Shown one piece after another: positions 8,866 to 16,625 of a DNA stretch of 61,424 bases. The DNA is taken from the NCBI GenBank assembly GCA_037130265.1, contig JBAXTI010000002.1, positions 92,870-154,293 on the forward strand, written 5' to 3'. Source of the DNA: a bacterium. Its GTDB lineage: Bacteria > Patescibacteriota > Minisyncoccia > Phycocordibacterales > JBBTRF01. The notes under the pieces are model-generated. The model did no database searches. It was not told the DNA's origin and saw only the letters and a list, made by a program, of their open reading frames with translations. The position numbers and the translations under genes were made by a program. Numbering within the stretch: the stretch's first letter is position 1; every line of letters starts with the position of its first letter.

Positions 8866-9156
8866 ATGAAAAAAGACATTCATCCAAAGAACTACCGCCC
8901 AGTGCTCTTCGTTGACAACTCCAACGGCGCGCAGTTTCTCATTTCTTCAACCGTACAGACCAAGGAGACTGCCAAGGCTGCAGACGGCAAGGAGTACCCT
9001 GCATACCACGTGGAAATCTCTAGCACCTCTCACCCTTTCTATACTGGCAACGAGAAGCTCCTCGACGCAGCCGGCCGAGTAGAGAAGTTCAAGACTCGTT
9101 CAGTGAAGACGATTGCTGTAAAGCCAAAGACCGCTTCCGCTAAAAAGGCCAAATAG
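8866..9156 (+). CDS. rpmE: 50S ribosomal protein L31
   Basis: Trimmed to MKKDIHPKNYRPVLF.., with SHPFYTGNEKLLDAAGRVEKF. TGgTATACT at 8838-8846. Confidence 0.9.
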   Translation: MKKDIHPKNYRPVLFVDNSNGAQFLISSTVQTKETAKAADGKEYPAYHVEISSTSHPFYTGNEKLLDAAGRVEKFKTRSVKTIAVKPKTASAKKAK

Positions 9157-9180
9157 GTTTGGCTCAAGGCGAAGTTGGTA

Positions 9181-10167
9181 ATGGATCTCCAAAAGCACAA
9201 GCAGAATCATAAGACGTCATATCTCGCAGAAAGCTGGGAGCGTTTGGACGTGGAAGAAAAAGAACTTCGTGGCATGATTGAAAAGGATGCCGGCTTCGCT
9301 GAATTGGGCGCCAAAGAACTCGAAACCATCGCTGAGCAGAAGAAGGCTCTCGAGGCACAATTGAAGCAGATCGAAGATGCCGACAAGGAGGAGGAAGAGT
9401 TTCCAAATGAAATCGTCATGGAAGTTCGAGCTGGTGCTGGTGGGGAAGAGGCGGCATTGTTTGCGCAAAAATTGGCTGAAATGTATCAGCGTTTCTGCGA
9501 GACGAGAGGTTGGTCTTTCCATCCGCTCGATGAATCTGAAAGCTCTCTTGGGGGCTTCAAAGAAGCGGCTTTTGAAGTGCGTGGCAAGGATGTATACAAA
9601 CTTCTCCGTTTTGAGACAGGTGTGCATCGTATCCAGCGTGTGCCACCCACTGAAAAGATGGGACGCGTACATACCTCGACTGCCTCCGTCGCAATTCTCC
9701 CAATGCGCAAGAAGGTCAATGTTGATATCAGCCCAGCCGATATTCATATGGAATTCTCCCGAGCCGGCGGCAAGGGTGGCCAGAACGTGAACAAGGTGGA
9801 AACCGCCGTGCGTCTCCTCCACAAGCCATCAGGTATCGATGTGCGTTGTACCAGCGAGCGTAGTCAGGCGAAGAATCGCGAGAAGGCGATGAGTATCTTG
9901 GCAGCCAAGATTGCCCGACTCCGCGAGGAAGAAGCTGCTGCCAAATACTCTGGCAACCGTTCGTCCCAGATCGGCACGGCTAGTCGCTCCGAAAAGATTC
10001 GTACTTACAACATTCTCCAGGACCGCGTCACCGACCATCGTATCAAGCAATCTTGGCACAATATCGAAGGCATCTTCCGTGGCGAAATCGACGACATTAT
10101 TCAGGCCGTCTGCGAGGCGGGAGGCGGTACCGCTCCTGCTGAAGAGGGGGAGACTGATAGCGAATAA
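9181..10167 (+). CDS. prfA: peptide chain release factor 1
   Basis: GGQ motif ([18 protein letters not shown]) and an RF1-type RVPPTE tripeptide region. The track start at 9175 is TTG; the ATG is at 9181. Confidence 0.9.
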   Translation: MDLQKHKQNHKTSYLAESWERLDVEEKELRGMIEKDAGFAELGAKELETIAEQKKALEAQLKQIEDADKEEEEFPNEIVMEVRAGAGGEEAALFAQKLAEMYQRFCETRGWSFHPLDESESSLGGFKEAAFEVRGKDVYKLLRFETGVHRIQRVPPTEKMGRVHTSTASVAILPMRKKVNVDISPADIHMEFSRAGGKGGQNVNKVETAVRLLHKPSGIDVRCTSERSQAKNREKAMSILAAKIARLREEEAAAKYSGNRSSQIGTASRSEKIRTYNILQDRVTDHRIKQSWHNIEGIFRGEIDDIIQAVCEAGGGTAPAEEGETDSE

Positions 10168-10279
10168 GAGGGAGGTACAAGCATTTTGACGAACCTCTCG
10201 CAGGCCGACGGGCCGAGCAGGAGGCAAAAACCTAGCAAGGTTTTATGCCGTGTTCGGGAAAATGCTTGTACCTCCCTCT
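10167..10279 (-). repeat. nested-hairpin structured repeat, copy D (inverted orientation)
   Basis: 21-bp perfect basal stem (10167-10187 with 10259-10279). The core matches the family only as its reverse complement (ACGGCATAAAACC-TTGCTA-GGTTTTTGCC TCC..). Confidence 0.85.
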
Positions 10280-10320
10280 CCATTTGCAATAATTTCTCCC
10301 ATCTGCTACACTATTTCCCT

Positions 10321-11085
10321 ATGTCAGATACCACCAAAACCCCAAACACCGGCCTCATTGAGAGCTTGTTTAAAGCAGGTTCTCACTTTGCGTTGTCACG
10401 CGCACGACGACATCCAAGCGCTAAGAACTTCATTTTCGGTGCTAAAAACCGAGTGGAGATTTTCGACCTTGAAAAGACCTCAGAGTCTCTCGAAAAGGCG
10501 AAGGCATTTGTAAAGAACCTCGGCTCAGAGGGTCGACAGATCCTTTTTGTCGGTGGTAAGAGCGAAGCTCGTGTTGCAGTACAGAAAGGTGCTGAATCTA
10601 TCGGTATGCCTTTCGTCGCAGGACGATGGATCGGTGGTACTTTCACCAACTACTCAGAGATCAAGCGCCGAATCGAGAAGATGGAGTCTCAGATCTCAAA
10701 GCGAGAGAATGGTGAGCTCCTCAAGTACACCAAGAAAGAGCGACTCATGATTGACCGAGAGATCGACAACCTCCAGAAGTTCTTCGGCGGACTCGTATTG
10801 ATGAAGGAAATGCCAAAGGCGATTTTCGTAATTGACGCAAAGCGTGAGGAGATTGCAGTGCACGAGGCCAACAAGACCGGCATCCCAGTGATCGCTGTGT
10901 GTAACTCTGATTGCGACCTCAACAAAGTCCAGCACTCTATCCCAGGCAACGACGGTGCACAGGCAAGTATCGCTTTCTTTGTGAACCAGATCGTGGCGGC
11001 ATATCAGGACGGCAAGAAGAATCCAAAGGTTGCCCCAGTAGCGGCAACAACACAGCCTTCAATGGCTACAGCCCCGAAGGCGTAA
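10321..11085 (+). CDS. rpsB: 30S ribosomal protein S2
   Basis: Trimmed to the ATG at 10321 (MSDTTKTPNTGLIESLFKAGSHFALSRARRHP..). The upstream part of the track ORF reads through repeat D. TGcTACACT lies 8 nt upstream. Confidence 0.95.
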   Translation: MSDTTKTPNTGLIESLFKAGSHFALSRARRHPSAKNFIFGAKNRVEIFDLEKTSESLEKAKAFVKNLGSEGRQILFVGGKSEARVAVQKGAESIGMPFVAGRWIGGTFTNYSEIKRRIEKMESQISKRENGELLKYTKKERLMIDREIDNLQKFFGGLVLMKEMPKAIFVIDAKREEIAVHEANKTGIPVIAVCNSDCDLNKVQHSIPGNDGAQASIAFFVNQIVAAYQDGKKNPKVAPVAATTQPSMATAPKA

Positions 11086-11160
11086 TAGCCTCGTCGAGAA
11101 GTCTTTTTGGACACTCGATTTGCTTGGCGGTTTTATTGGCAACATAGTATACTATTGCTC

Positions 11161-11748
11161 ATGACTACGATTTCAATGGATCAGGTAAAGGTGCTCCGCG
11201 ATCAGACCGGTGTGTCTATCATGCAGTGCCGAAAGGCCCTCGAAGAGGCTGCGGGTGACATGGAGAAGGCGATTATTATCCTTCGCAAGAAGGGTGGTGA
11301 TGCAGCGTCAAAGAAGGCCGACCGAACCCTTGGAGCAGCTGCTGTGCAGTCATACATTCACGGCGCTGGCACTGTCGGCGCAATGGTGCTCCTTTCAAGT
11401 GAGACAGATTTCGTGTCCGGCAATGAGGATTTCAAAAAGCTCGCCTATGAGATTGCGATGCAGGTCGCTGCAACCAATCCAGAATTTGTGAAGACCTCAG
11501 ACATCACTCCTGAGGCAAAGAAGGTTGCTGAAGAGGTGTTTGCGAAGGAGGTCGAGGGAAAGCCAGAAAACATGAAGGCTAAAATCCTCGAGGGCAAGGT
11601 GAATGCGTATTTCCAGGACAAGGTGCTCATGGAGCAGCCATACATCAAGAACCCGGATCTCAAGATTGCCAATCTCATCGAAGCAGCAATTCAAAAATTC
11701 GGTGAGAAGATTGAGATCAGCAAGTTTACGCGCTTTTCAGCAAGATAG
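11161..11748 (+). CDS. tsf: elongation factor Ts (short form)
   Basis: Trimmed to the ATG at 11161. UBA-like N-terminus VKVLRDQTGVSIMQCRKALEEAAGDMEKA. TATACT lies 7 nt upstream. Confidence 0.9.
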   Translation: MTTISMDQVKVLRDQTGVSIMQCRKALEEAAGDMEKAIIILRKKGGDAASKKADRTLGAAAVQSYIHGAGTVGAMVLLSSETDFVSGNEDFKKLAYEIAMQVAATNPEFVKTSDITPEAKKVAEEVFAKEVEGKPENMKAKILEGKVNAYFQDKVLMEQPYIKNPDLKIANLIEAAIQKFGEKIEISKFTRFSAR

Positions 11749-11755
11749 CGCCTCC

Positions 11756-11776
11756 GACGGCTGAGCCGTCCGTTTT
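11756..11776 (+). terminator. short hairpin plus T-run after tsf
   Basis: GACGGC-TGA-GCCGTC followed by CGTTTT. Confidence 0.4.
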
Positions 11777-12253
11777 ATGACGACCCCTTTCACAATCTTC
11801 CTCCTCTCACTCATCGCACTGATCTTTCTGATCGTGCATAAGGTGATCGAGTTGCACAAGGGTACGTCCTTGGTGTCTACAGAGATGCGCGACAGGGGTG
11901 ATGAGATCATTGTCGAGAACGTGATAGAGAAAGTGAAGCTCTTTTTGGCCAAAGGATGGCTGGCGGCACGCCGAGCGATTCTCTCGTCCCGCGCTGTCAC
12001 GCAGCGTGTCACTGTGAATGTGTTGCATACGGTGCAACGTACCACAGTGAAGCTCATCGATCGCATGAAACATGCTGGTGGTGGCCGAGGCGGGTCAGCA
12101 GGGGCAAAAAAGAAGCCTGCGGGCTCGGTATCATTTTTCCTCAAGCATGTGAGCGATGAGGCGAAGCGAGTAACAACCGAAAGTGCTGTCGCTGCCGCAG
12201 AGGCCAAAGAGGAGGCGGTTGAGGAAGCAAAGATAGAGAAAGCGGAAGTGTAG
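11777..12253 (+). CDS. hypothetical membrane-anchored protein (158 aa)
   Basis: N-terminal TM segment (FTIFLLSLIALIFLIV) and a charged Ala/Glu/Lys tail. Confidence 0.5.
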   Translation: MTTPFTIFLLSLIALIFLIVHKVIELHKGTSLVSTEMRDRGDEIIVENVIEKVKLFLAKGWLAARRAILSSRAVTQRVTVNVLHTVQRTTVKLIDRMKHAGGGRGGSAGAKKKPAGSVSFFLKHVSDEAKRVTTESAVAAAEAKEEAVEEAKIEKAEV

Positions 12254-12277
12254 GTCTCGGAAGTCTTGAAAAATAAC

Positions 12278-12353
12278 GCCACCTTAGCTCAGTTGGTAGA
12301 GCACCCGTTTTGTAAACGGGATCGCGTCAGTTCAAATCTGACAGGTGGCTCCA
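12278..12353 (+). tRNA. tRNA-Thr (anticodon UGU), CCA encoded
   Basis: Hand-folded cloverleaf. Acceptor GCCACCU/AGGUGGC; D stem GCUC/GAGC; anticodon stem CCCGU/ACGGG with loop UUUGUAA; T arm GUCAG-UUCAAAU-CUGAC; discriminator U then CCA. Confidence 0.9.
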
Positions 12354-12397
12354 AAAAAGTTGTGCCGGTAGGACTTTCGGGCTAGAATTACCGAACA

Positions 12398-13135
12398 ATG
12401 TCAGAAAGCCAAAAAACAGCGCCGAAAGGTCACCTGCACCCGATTACTCAGGTGATTCGCGAGATTCAGACTATCTTTGCGGAGATTGGTTTTGATGTGG
12501 CGGTGGGGCCGGAGCTTGAGACGGAGTTCTACAACTTCGACGCTTTGAATGTGCCGAAAAATCATCCAGCGCGTGATATGCAAGACACCTTTTGGCTCAA
12601 ACAAAAGAATGCGAAAGGGGAGAATCTGCTTTTGCGTACGCATGCAACTTCAGTGACTCTGCGCATGCTCGAGCAGCACAAGGACGATCTGGCGAAAGTA
12701 GCGCCGTTGCGACTGATTGCACCCGGCAAGGTATTTCGCAATGAAGCGACTGATGTCACTCACGAAGCGCAATTCTTTCAGCTCGATGGCGTGATGGTGG
12801 ACAAGCAGGTGTCGATGGCGGATCTCAAAAATACTCTGACATATTTCTTCAAGCGTCTGCTTGGTGACGATGTCGAACTCCGTTTCCGTCCGAGTTTCTT
12901 TCCGTTCGTTGAACCTGGCGTGGAGATCGATATTCGTTGGAAAGATAAATGGCTCGAGGTGATGGGAGCAGGCTTGCTGCACCCAAATGTGCTCACTGCC
13001 GCCGGCATCGATCCGCAGCAATGGTCGGGCTTCGCTTTCGGCGGCGGTATCGACCGCCTCGTGATGCTTCGCTATGGCATCGACGACATTCGCTCGCTGT
13101 ACACGGCGGATTTGCGGCTGGTGAATCAGTTTTAA
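12398..13135 (+). CDS. pheS: phenylalanine--tRNA ligase alpha subunit (short, catalytic core only)
   Basis: HPITQVIREI, NFDALNVPKNHPARDMQDTFW and FRPSFFPFVEPG. Only 245 aa, so the usual N-terminal extension is absent. Confidence 0.9.
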   Translation: MSESQKTAPKGHLHPITQVIREIQTIFAEIGFDVAVGPELETEFYNFDALNVPKNHPARDMQDTFWLKQKNAKGENLLLRTHATSVTLRMLEQHKDDLAKVAPLRLIAPGKVFRNEATDVTHEAQFFQLDGVMVDKQVSMADLKNTLTYFFKRLLGDDVELRFRPSFFPFVEPGVEIDIRWKDKWLEVMGAGLLHPNVLTAAGIDPQQWSGFAFGGGIDRLVMLRYGIDDIRSLYTADLRLVNQF

Positions 13136-13147
13136 TTGTTCTCGCAA

Positions 13148-13468
13148 ATGAACATCAAAGTTATCACAGATTCAATTTCTCTCAACGAGCTCAAAGAGCT
13201 TGCAAAAGAATACTACATTACCATGATCAAGGGCGTTGTTGATATTGAAAAAGAAATAGTAGCTTTTGGCGGTGAGTATCACATGGATGCAAACGTAGTT
13301 TTGCTCGAAAAAGGCCATCAGCAGGGAGACATCTGGGGATTTAACGTAGTTTTCGATCTTGATTCCGAGGACTGGATTGAATATACTTCTCTTATCAACA
13401 TCCGGCCGCTGAAAGGAAACCGAAGTATGGAAATCACTGATCGGCAATCCGTGAAAAGATCAAAATGA
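13148..13468 (+). CDS. DUF5674-like small protein, apparently frameshifted near its 3' end
   Basis: MNIKVITDSISLNELKELAKEYYITMIKGVVDIEKEIVAFGGEYHMDA..INIRPLKGNRS resembles DUF5674-type proteins (from memory). The expected C-terminus (AIREKIKMIVNAKIKNNFT) continues in another frame at 13444-13503. Confidence 0.5.
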   Translation: MNIKVITDSISLNELKELAKEYYITMIKGVVDIEKEIVAFGGEYHMDANVVLLEKGHQQGDIWGFNVVFDLDSEDWIEYTSLINIRPLKGNRSMEITDRQSVKRSK

Positions 13469-13499
13469 TCGTAAATGCAAAGATAAAAAATAATTTCAC

Positions 13500-13733
13500 A
13501 TGAACACAGAACGCACAGAACTCTTCTATATGGCGAATTTAGGGAGCGAGGTATCTCGTTATCTGGATGCTATCGCGAAGGCGGATGCGAAGCAGGCGGC
13601 GCTGGCGTGGTGTAGGATTGAGGCAATGGAAAAAAAATGCAGATTCTCCCGCTCAGACTTGGCGCTAAAAATGAGATGCGCACCATACTTGGTTTTATTG
13701 CCCATCCAACGGAGAGTGGATTGTCAATTTTAG
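13500..13733 (+). CDS. hypothetical small protein, probably disrupted at an A8 run
   Basis: The ATG overlaps the alternative-frame stop of the preceding gene (ATGA). After the A8 run at 13630-13637, a second frame stays open to 13798. Confidence 0.4.
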   Translation: MNTERTELFYMANLGSEVSRYLDAIAKADAKQAALAWCRIEAMEKKCRFSRSDLALKMRCAPYLVLLPIQRRVDCQF

Positions 13734-13863
13734 AAATGAAAAGCCAATGTTCAGGTTATTTTGAACCGTTTGCTTTGCGATTGGCGACTCAGCGATAGTC
13801 CGTAGTCAAAATGCCACAAAAGGGCCTTGCTGAAAGGCGTTTTAAGCATAGCCAGACGTGCTA

Positions 13864-13892
13864 TTGACAAAATAGCCACAGTGGTATATAAT
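13864..13892 (+). promoter_or_regulatory. consensus sigma-70-type promoter (TTGACA-17 nt-TATAAT)
   Basis: TTGACA at 13864-13869, a 17-nt spacer, TATAAT at 13887-13892. About 210 nt upstream of the DGR target gene. Confidence 0.7.
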
Positions 13893-14104
13893 AACATCAG
13901 TATCAAAACGTCGGTCTTTGACACGAAATTGCGAAAATTGCGAATTTCGCCACAGCAAAGAGCGGCTTTCAGGCGGGTGTCCGGCAGGACCTCTGCACTG
14001 AGCCTTTCTCCGCTGTGGCGAACCGACTCCGATCAGACTGACACCTTGTACGCTTTGTACGAAACAGTATTGATTCCGGAGACGCTGTAACCGCGCAAAT
14101 ACAC

Positions 14105-14800
14105 ATGAAGACATCGACCAAAGAGCAGCTCAACCAACTGCTGGCTCAGCTGCTAGTTACCGCCGACAACCGCAAAATGAGCCATGACCAGATGCAGATG
14201 GCTATCAAGGACACTGCTGGTCTGGCCGAACGCTTCCACGCGTTCATCGACGGCTACGAGGTGCAAACGACCACTCCATCGAGCATCCCCCTCGCTGCTC
14301 ACAAGGCGCGCGCCATGTCGGAGCTCTTCCGCGATGGCAACGGCGTGAAATACTACTACCGCGACGGTGATCTGGACGACTGGTTCACCGCCAACTCCCC
14401 GGAGTGTCTGGCTGGCACCGCGCGCTTCGTCGAGACACCGAAGGTGATGACGTTCAAGCATATGGCACAGTGGGTCACTGGACTCCAGTCAGAGTCCTTT
14501 GCCGACCTCTCCCGTGCCATCGTCGCTCAAAACCTCTACCTCACTCCCGAACAGTGGAACGATCAGATCGTCGCCACCCAAAAAGGCGAGGATATCCTGC
14601 TCACCAACGGCTACGCCTCCTTCGCTTTTGCGCGGACAGGCAAGAAACTCAAGGACGAGAAAGGTGGGGAATACGACGAAGTAGTCATGTTCGACGCCGA
14701 CCGCAGCGACGACGGCCGGTGGCACGCCTACGTCCACGGGCTCGGCTTCGACGGCGGGTGGGATGCCGACTTCGGGCTCCTGCTTCGCAACTCGCCCTAG
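14105..14800 (+). CDS. DGR variable (target) protein 1, 231 aa
   Basis: The last 36 codons form VR1. Paralogous to the 21734-22474 product from MSELFR.. onward. No obvious signal peptide. Confidence 0.85.
   Translation: MKTSTKEQLNQLLAQLLVTADNRKMSHDQMQMAIKDTAGLAERFHAFIDGYEVQTTTPSSIPLAAHKARAMSELFRDGNGVKYYYRDGDLDDWFTANSPECLAGTARFVETPKVMTFKHMAQWVTGLQSESFADLSRAIVAQNLYLTPEQWNDQIVATQKGEDILLTNGYASFAFARTGKKLKDEKGGEYDEVVMFDADRSDDGRWHAYVHGLGFDGGWDADFGLLLRNSP
14687..14793 (+). repeat. DGR variable repeat VR1
   Basis: Colinear with TR 15070-15176. By hand count, 16 differences all at TR adenines, plus one T-to-G difference at the 5' edge. Confidence 0.9.
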
Positions 14801-14829
14801 GGCCCTTGGACACTTTGTCCCTTCGGCCC
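14800..14829 (+). other. GC-rich nested stem-loop immediately 3' of VR1 (candidate DGR target-recognition hairpin)
   Basis: GGGCC..[GGACA-CTT-TGTCC]..GGCCC. The inner hairpin and its flanks are conserved after VR2 (22480-22505). Confidence 0.6.
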
Positions 14830-14842
14830 CTTCAAATCACTT

Positions 14843-14876
14843 CGCCCAGCATTCCGATGCTGGGCGATTCTTTTTT
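14843..14876 (+). terminator. intrinsic terminator of target gene 1
   Basis: CGCCCAGCAT-TCCG-ATGCTGGGCG followed by ATTCTTTTTT. Nearly identical copy at 22517-22550. Confidence 0.8.
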
Positions 14877-15069
14877 GTATTTTTGAACTTATTTTATATA
14901 ATCAAGCTAAGAATTTGCTGGCATGCTCGGCGAAATCTTAGTGTGGCGAATTCTGCAACATTCAAAAAAAGAAATAGTTGGTGCCTCGCTCTAGCGAGAA
15001 ACAGTCTCGGTATACAATTCAGCCCGAAGAGTATTCGATGGGCAGTGTCACAGATGGGGCGAGGTACAA

Positions 15070-15176
15070 ATGTTCTACGCCAACCGCAACGACGACGGCC
15101 GGTGGAACGCCAACGTCAACAGGCTCGACAACGACAACGAGTGGAATGCCGACAACAGGCTCCTGCTTCGCAACTC
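15070..15176 (+). repeat. DGR template repeat (TR)
   Basis: AAC-rich: ATGTTCTACGCCAACCGCAACGACGACGGCCGGTGGAACGCCAACGTCAACAGGCTCGACAACGACAACGAGTGGAATGCCGACAACAGG... Intergenic; donor-like relative to VR1 and VR2. Confidence 0.9.
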
Positions 15177-15192
15177 TTTCTTTTCTCCCGCT

Positions 15193-15537
15193 TTACCGCG
15201 GGAGTTTTTGTTCTAAGTAATTGATCCAGCCATGAAGCATTTGTCCAGCAGCGATCAATTTCTCATTCAATAGGATAAATTTTTTATCCTCGAATATTTT
15301 CATCTCCCAGCCGACAGATAAAAAGAACTTGATAAAGTCCAGATGTTCTTGAGCAGCTGCTATCCGCAATATTTTTTGTTCACCACGATAGTAAGTGGCT
15401 TGGTAAATGAGCTTTAATGTCTCGGTAAAACAGTCCTCGATCTTTGACGCGATACCGAATCGAACTGGCTTCGGTAGGTGTTCGCTATAAGCGAACCACA
15501 AAGAGTAGGTCTCTTTTAAGTGCTGGAGCACTGGCAA
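15193..15537 (-). CDS. avd: Avd-like accessory variability determinant (four-helix-bundle family), TTG start
   Basis: 114 aa, helical (..YSLWFAYSEHLPKPVRFGIASKIEDCFTETLKLIYQATY..LHGWINYLEQK). Size, position next to TR and RT, and family resemblance support the call. Encoded on the strand opposite TR and RT. Confidence 0.7.
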   Translation of the reverse strand: MPVLQHLKETYSLWFAYSEHLPKPVRFGIASKIEDCFTETLKLIYQATYYRGEQKILRIAAAQEHLDFIKFFLSVGWEMKIFEDKKFILLNEKLIAAGQMLHGWINYLEQKLPR

Positions 15538-15568
15538 AATCGTTCGGGGGGGGGGTAGACTTCTGAGG

Positions 15569-16588
15569 GTGAGAATTCAATTGGTTCATGTCTACGAAGA
15601 TATCATATCTGTCGAAAATCTGCTTCTTGCGTGGCGTGAATTTGTGAGTGGTAAGAAACAAAAGAAGGATGCGCAGGAGTTCTCGCTTCGGCTCATGGAT
15701 AACATCTTCGAGCTTCATGCGGAGTTGGCAGCTAAGACATATACTCACTCCGCTTACAAAGCATTTTCGATTTCCGATCCGAAGCCCCGCAGTATTCACA
15801 AGGCGTTGGTGCGAGACCGGCTTTTGCATCATGCTTTGTATCGAAAATTATACCCATTCTTTGACCGGACTTTTATCAGCGATTCGTATTCATGTCGGCG
15901 CTTCAAGGGTACCCATCGAGCGATCGACCGCTTCAGAGTGTTTGGGCGGAAAGTCTCGCGCAACCATACTCGCACCTGCTGGGTGCTCAAATGCGATATT
16001 CGAAAATTCTTTGCTTCCGTGGACCATGCCATTCTTCTGGATATTCTTAGAAAGTACATTGCGGATAGAGATGCTCTTTGGCTTATCGAGCGGGTGATCT
16101 TTAGTTTTCATAGCACCGCGGGAGGGAGGGGACTGCCTCTCGGCAACCTCACCTCTCAACTTCTGGTGAATGTCTATATGAATGAGTTCGATCAATTCAT
16201 GAAGCACCGACTCAAGACGAGATACTATATTCGTTATGCCGACGACTTTGTAATTTTGTCCGATCAAAAACAAGTTCTTGAGAGTACCTTGTCGGAAATT
16301 GGACATTTTTTGGTACAGCAACTACAACTTTCACTTCATCCCGACAAGGTCTCTATAAAAACACTGGCCTCAGGTGTCGATTTTCTTGGGTGGGTGCACT
16401 TTCCGCACCACAGGGTACTGCGAACCGTGACAAAGCGGCGAATGTTCAAACGGCTTGCCTCGACGGCTTCCATGGAGCCATTGTCAGCCCTTGCAACTGT
16501 TCGTTCCTACCTTGGTTTGCTCAGTCATGGAAACGCTCACTATCTCCGTGAAAAAGTCGCACAATACGAGCGGAATATGCTAAAATGA
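15569..16588 (+). CDS. DGR-type reverse transcriptase (GTG start)
   Basis: 339 aa. DIRKFFASVDH, LPLGNLTSQLLVNVYMNEFD (the IGNLTSQ-type motif diagnostic of DGR RTs) and YIRYADDFVIL (YxDD). Confidence 0.9.
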   Translation: MRIQLVHVYEDIISVENLLLAWREFVSGKKQKKDAQEFSLRLMDNIFELHAELAAKTYTHSAYKAFSISDPKPRSIHKALVRDRLLHHALYRKLYPFFDRTFISDSYSCRRFKGTHRAIDRFRVFGRKVSRNHTRTCWVLKCDIRKFFASVDHAILLDILRKYIADRDALWLIERVIFSFHSTAGGRGLPLGNLTSQLLVNVYMNEFDQFMKHRLKTRYYIRYADDFVILSDQKQVLESTLSEIGHFLVQQLQLSLHPDKVSIKTLASGVDFLGWVHFPHHRVLRTVTKRRMFKRLASTASMEPLSALATVRSYLGLLSHGNAHYLREKVAQYERNMLK

Positions 16589-16625
16589 CCGCACTACTAA
16601 ACGACAGAAAAACAGGCTTATTTCA

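Larger units (their letters stand above)
14105..16588 (+). mobile_element. diversity-generating retroelement cassette (target/VR, TR, Avd, RT)
   Basis: See the component features. Adenine-specific TR/VR mismatches plus a DGR-type RT and an Avd-like protein. Confidence 0.9.

Noticed and set aside
14404-14886. Arg-rich alternative-frame ORFs inside the DGR target genes (14404-14886, 14153-14461 minus, 21883-22332, 21848-22399 minus)
   Set aside because: They overlap the much better-supported target ORFs, which are paralogous to each other in one frame only. Their Arg/Pro/Gly bias is what off-frame translation of GC-rich codons produces.
15070-15216. 48-codon ORF (MFYANRNDDGRWNANVNRLDNDNEWNADNRLLLRNSFFSPALPREFLF) that looks like a truncated third copy of the DGR target C-terminus
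   Set aside because: It is the template repeat itself. It has no upstream coding context and is adenine-rich relative to both VRs, and homology ends exactly at the VR 3' boundary. It is a donor sequence, not a gene.
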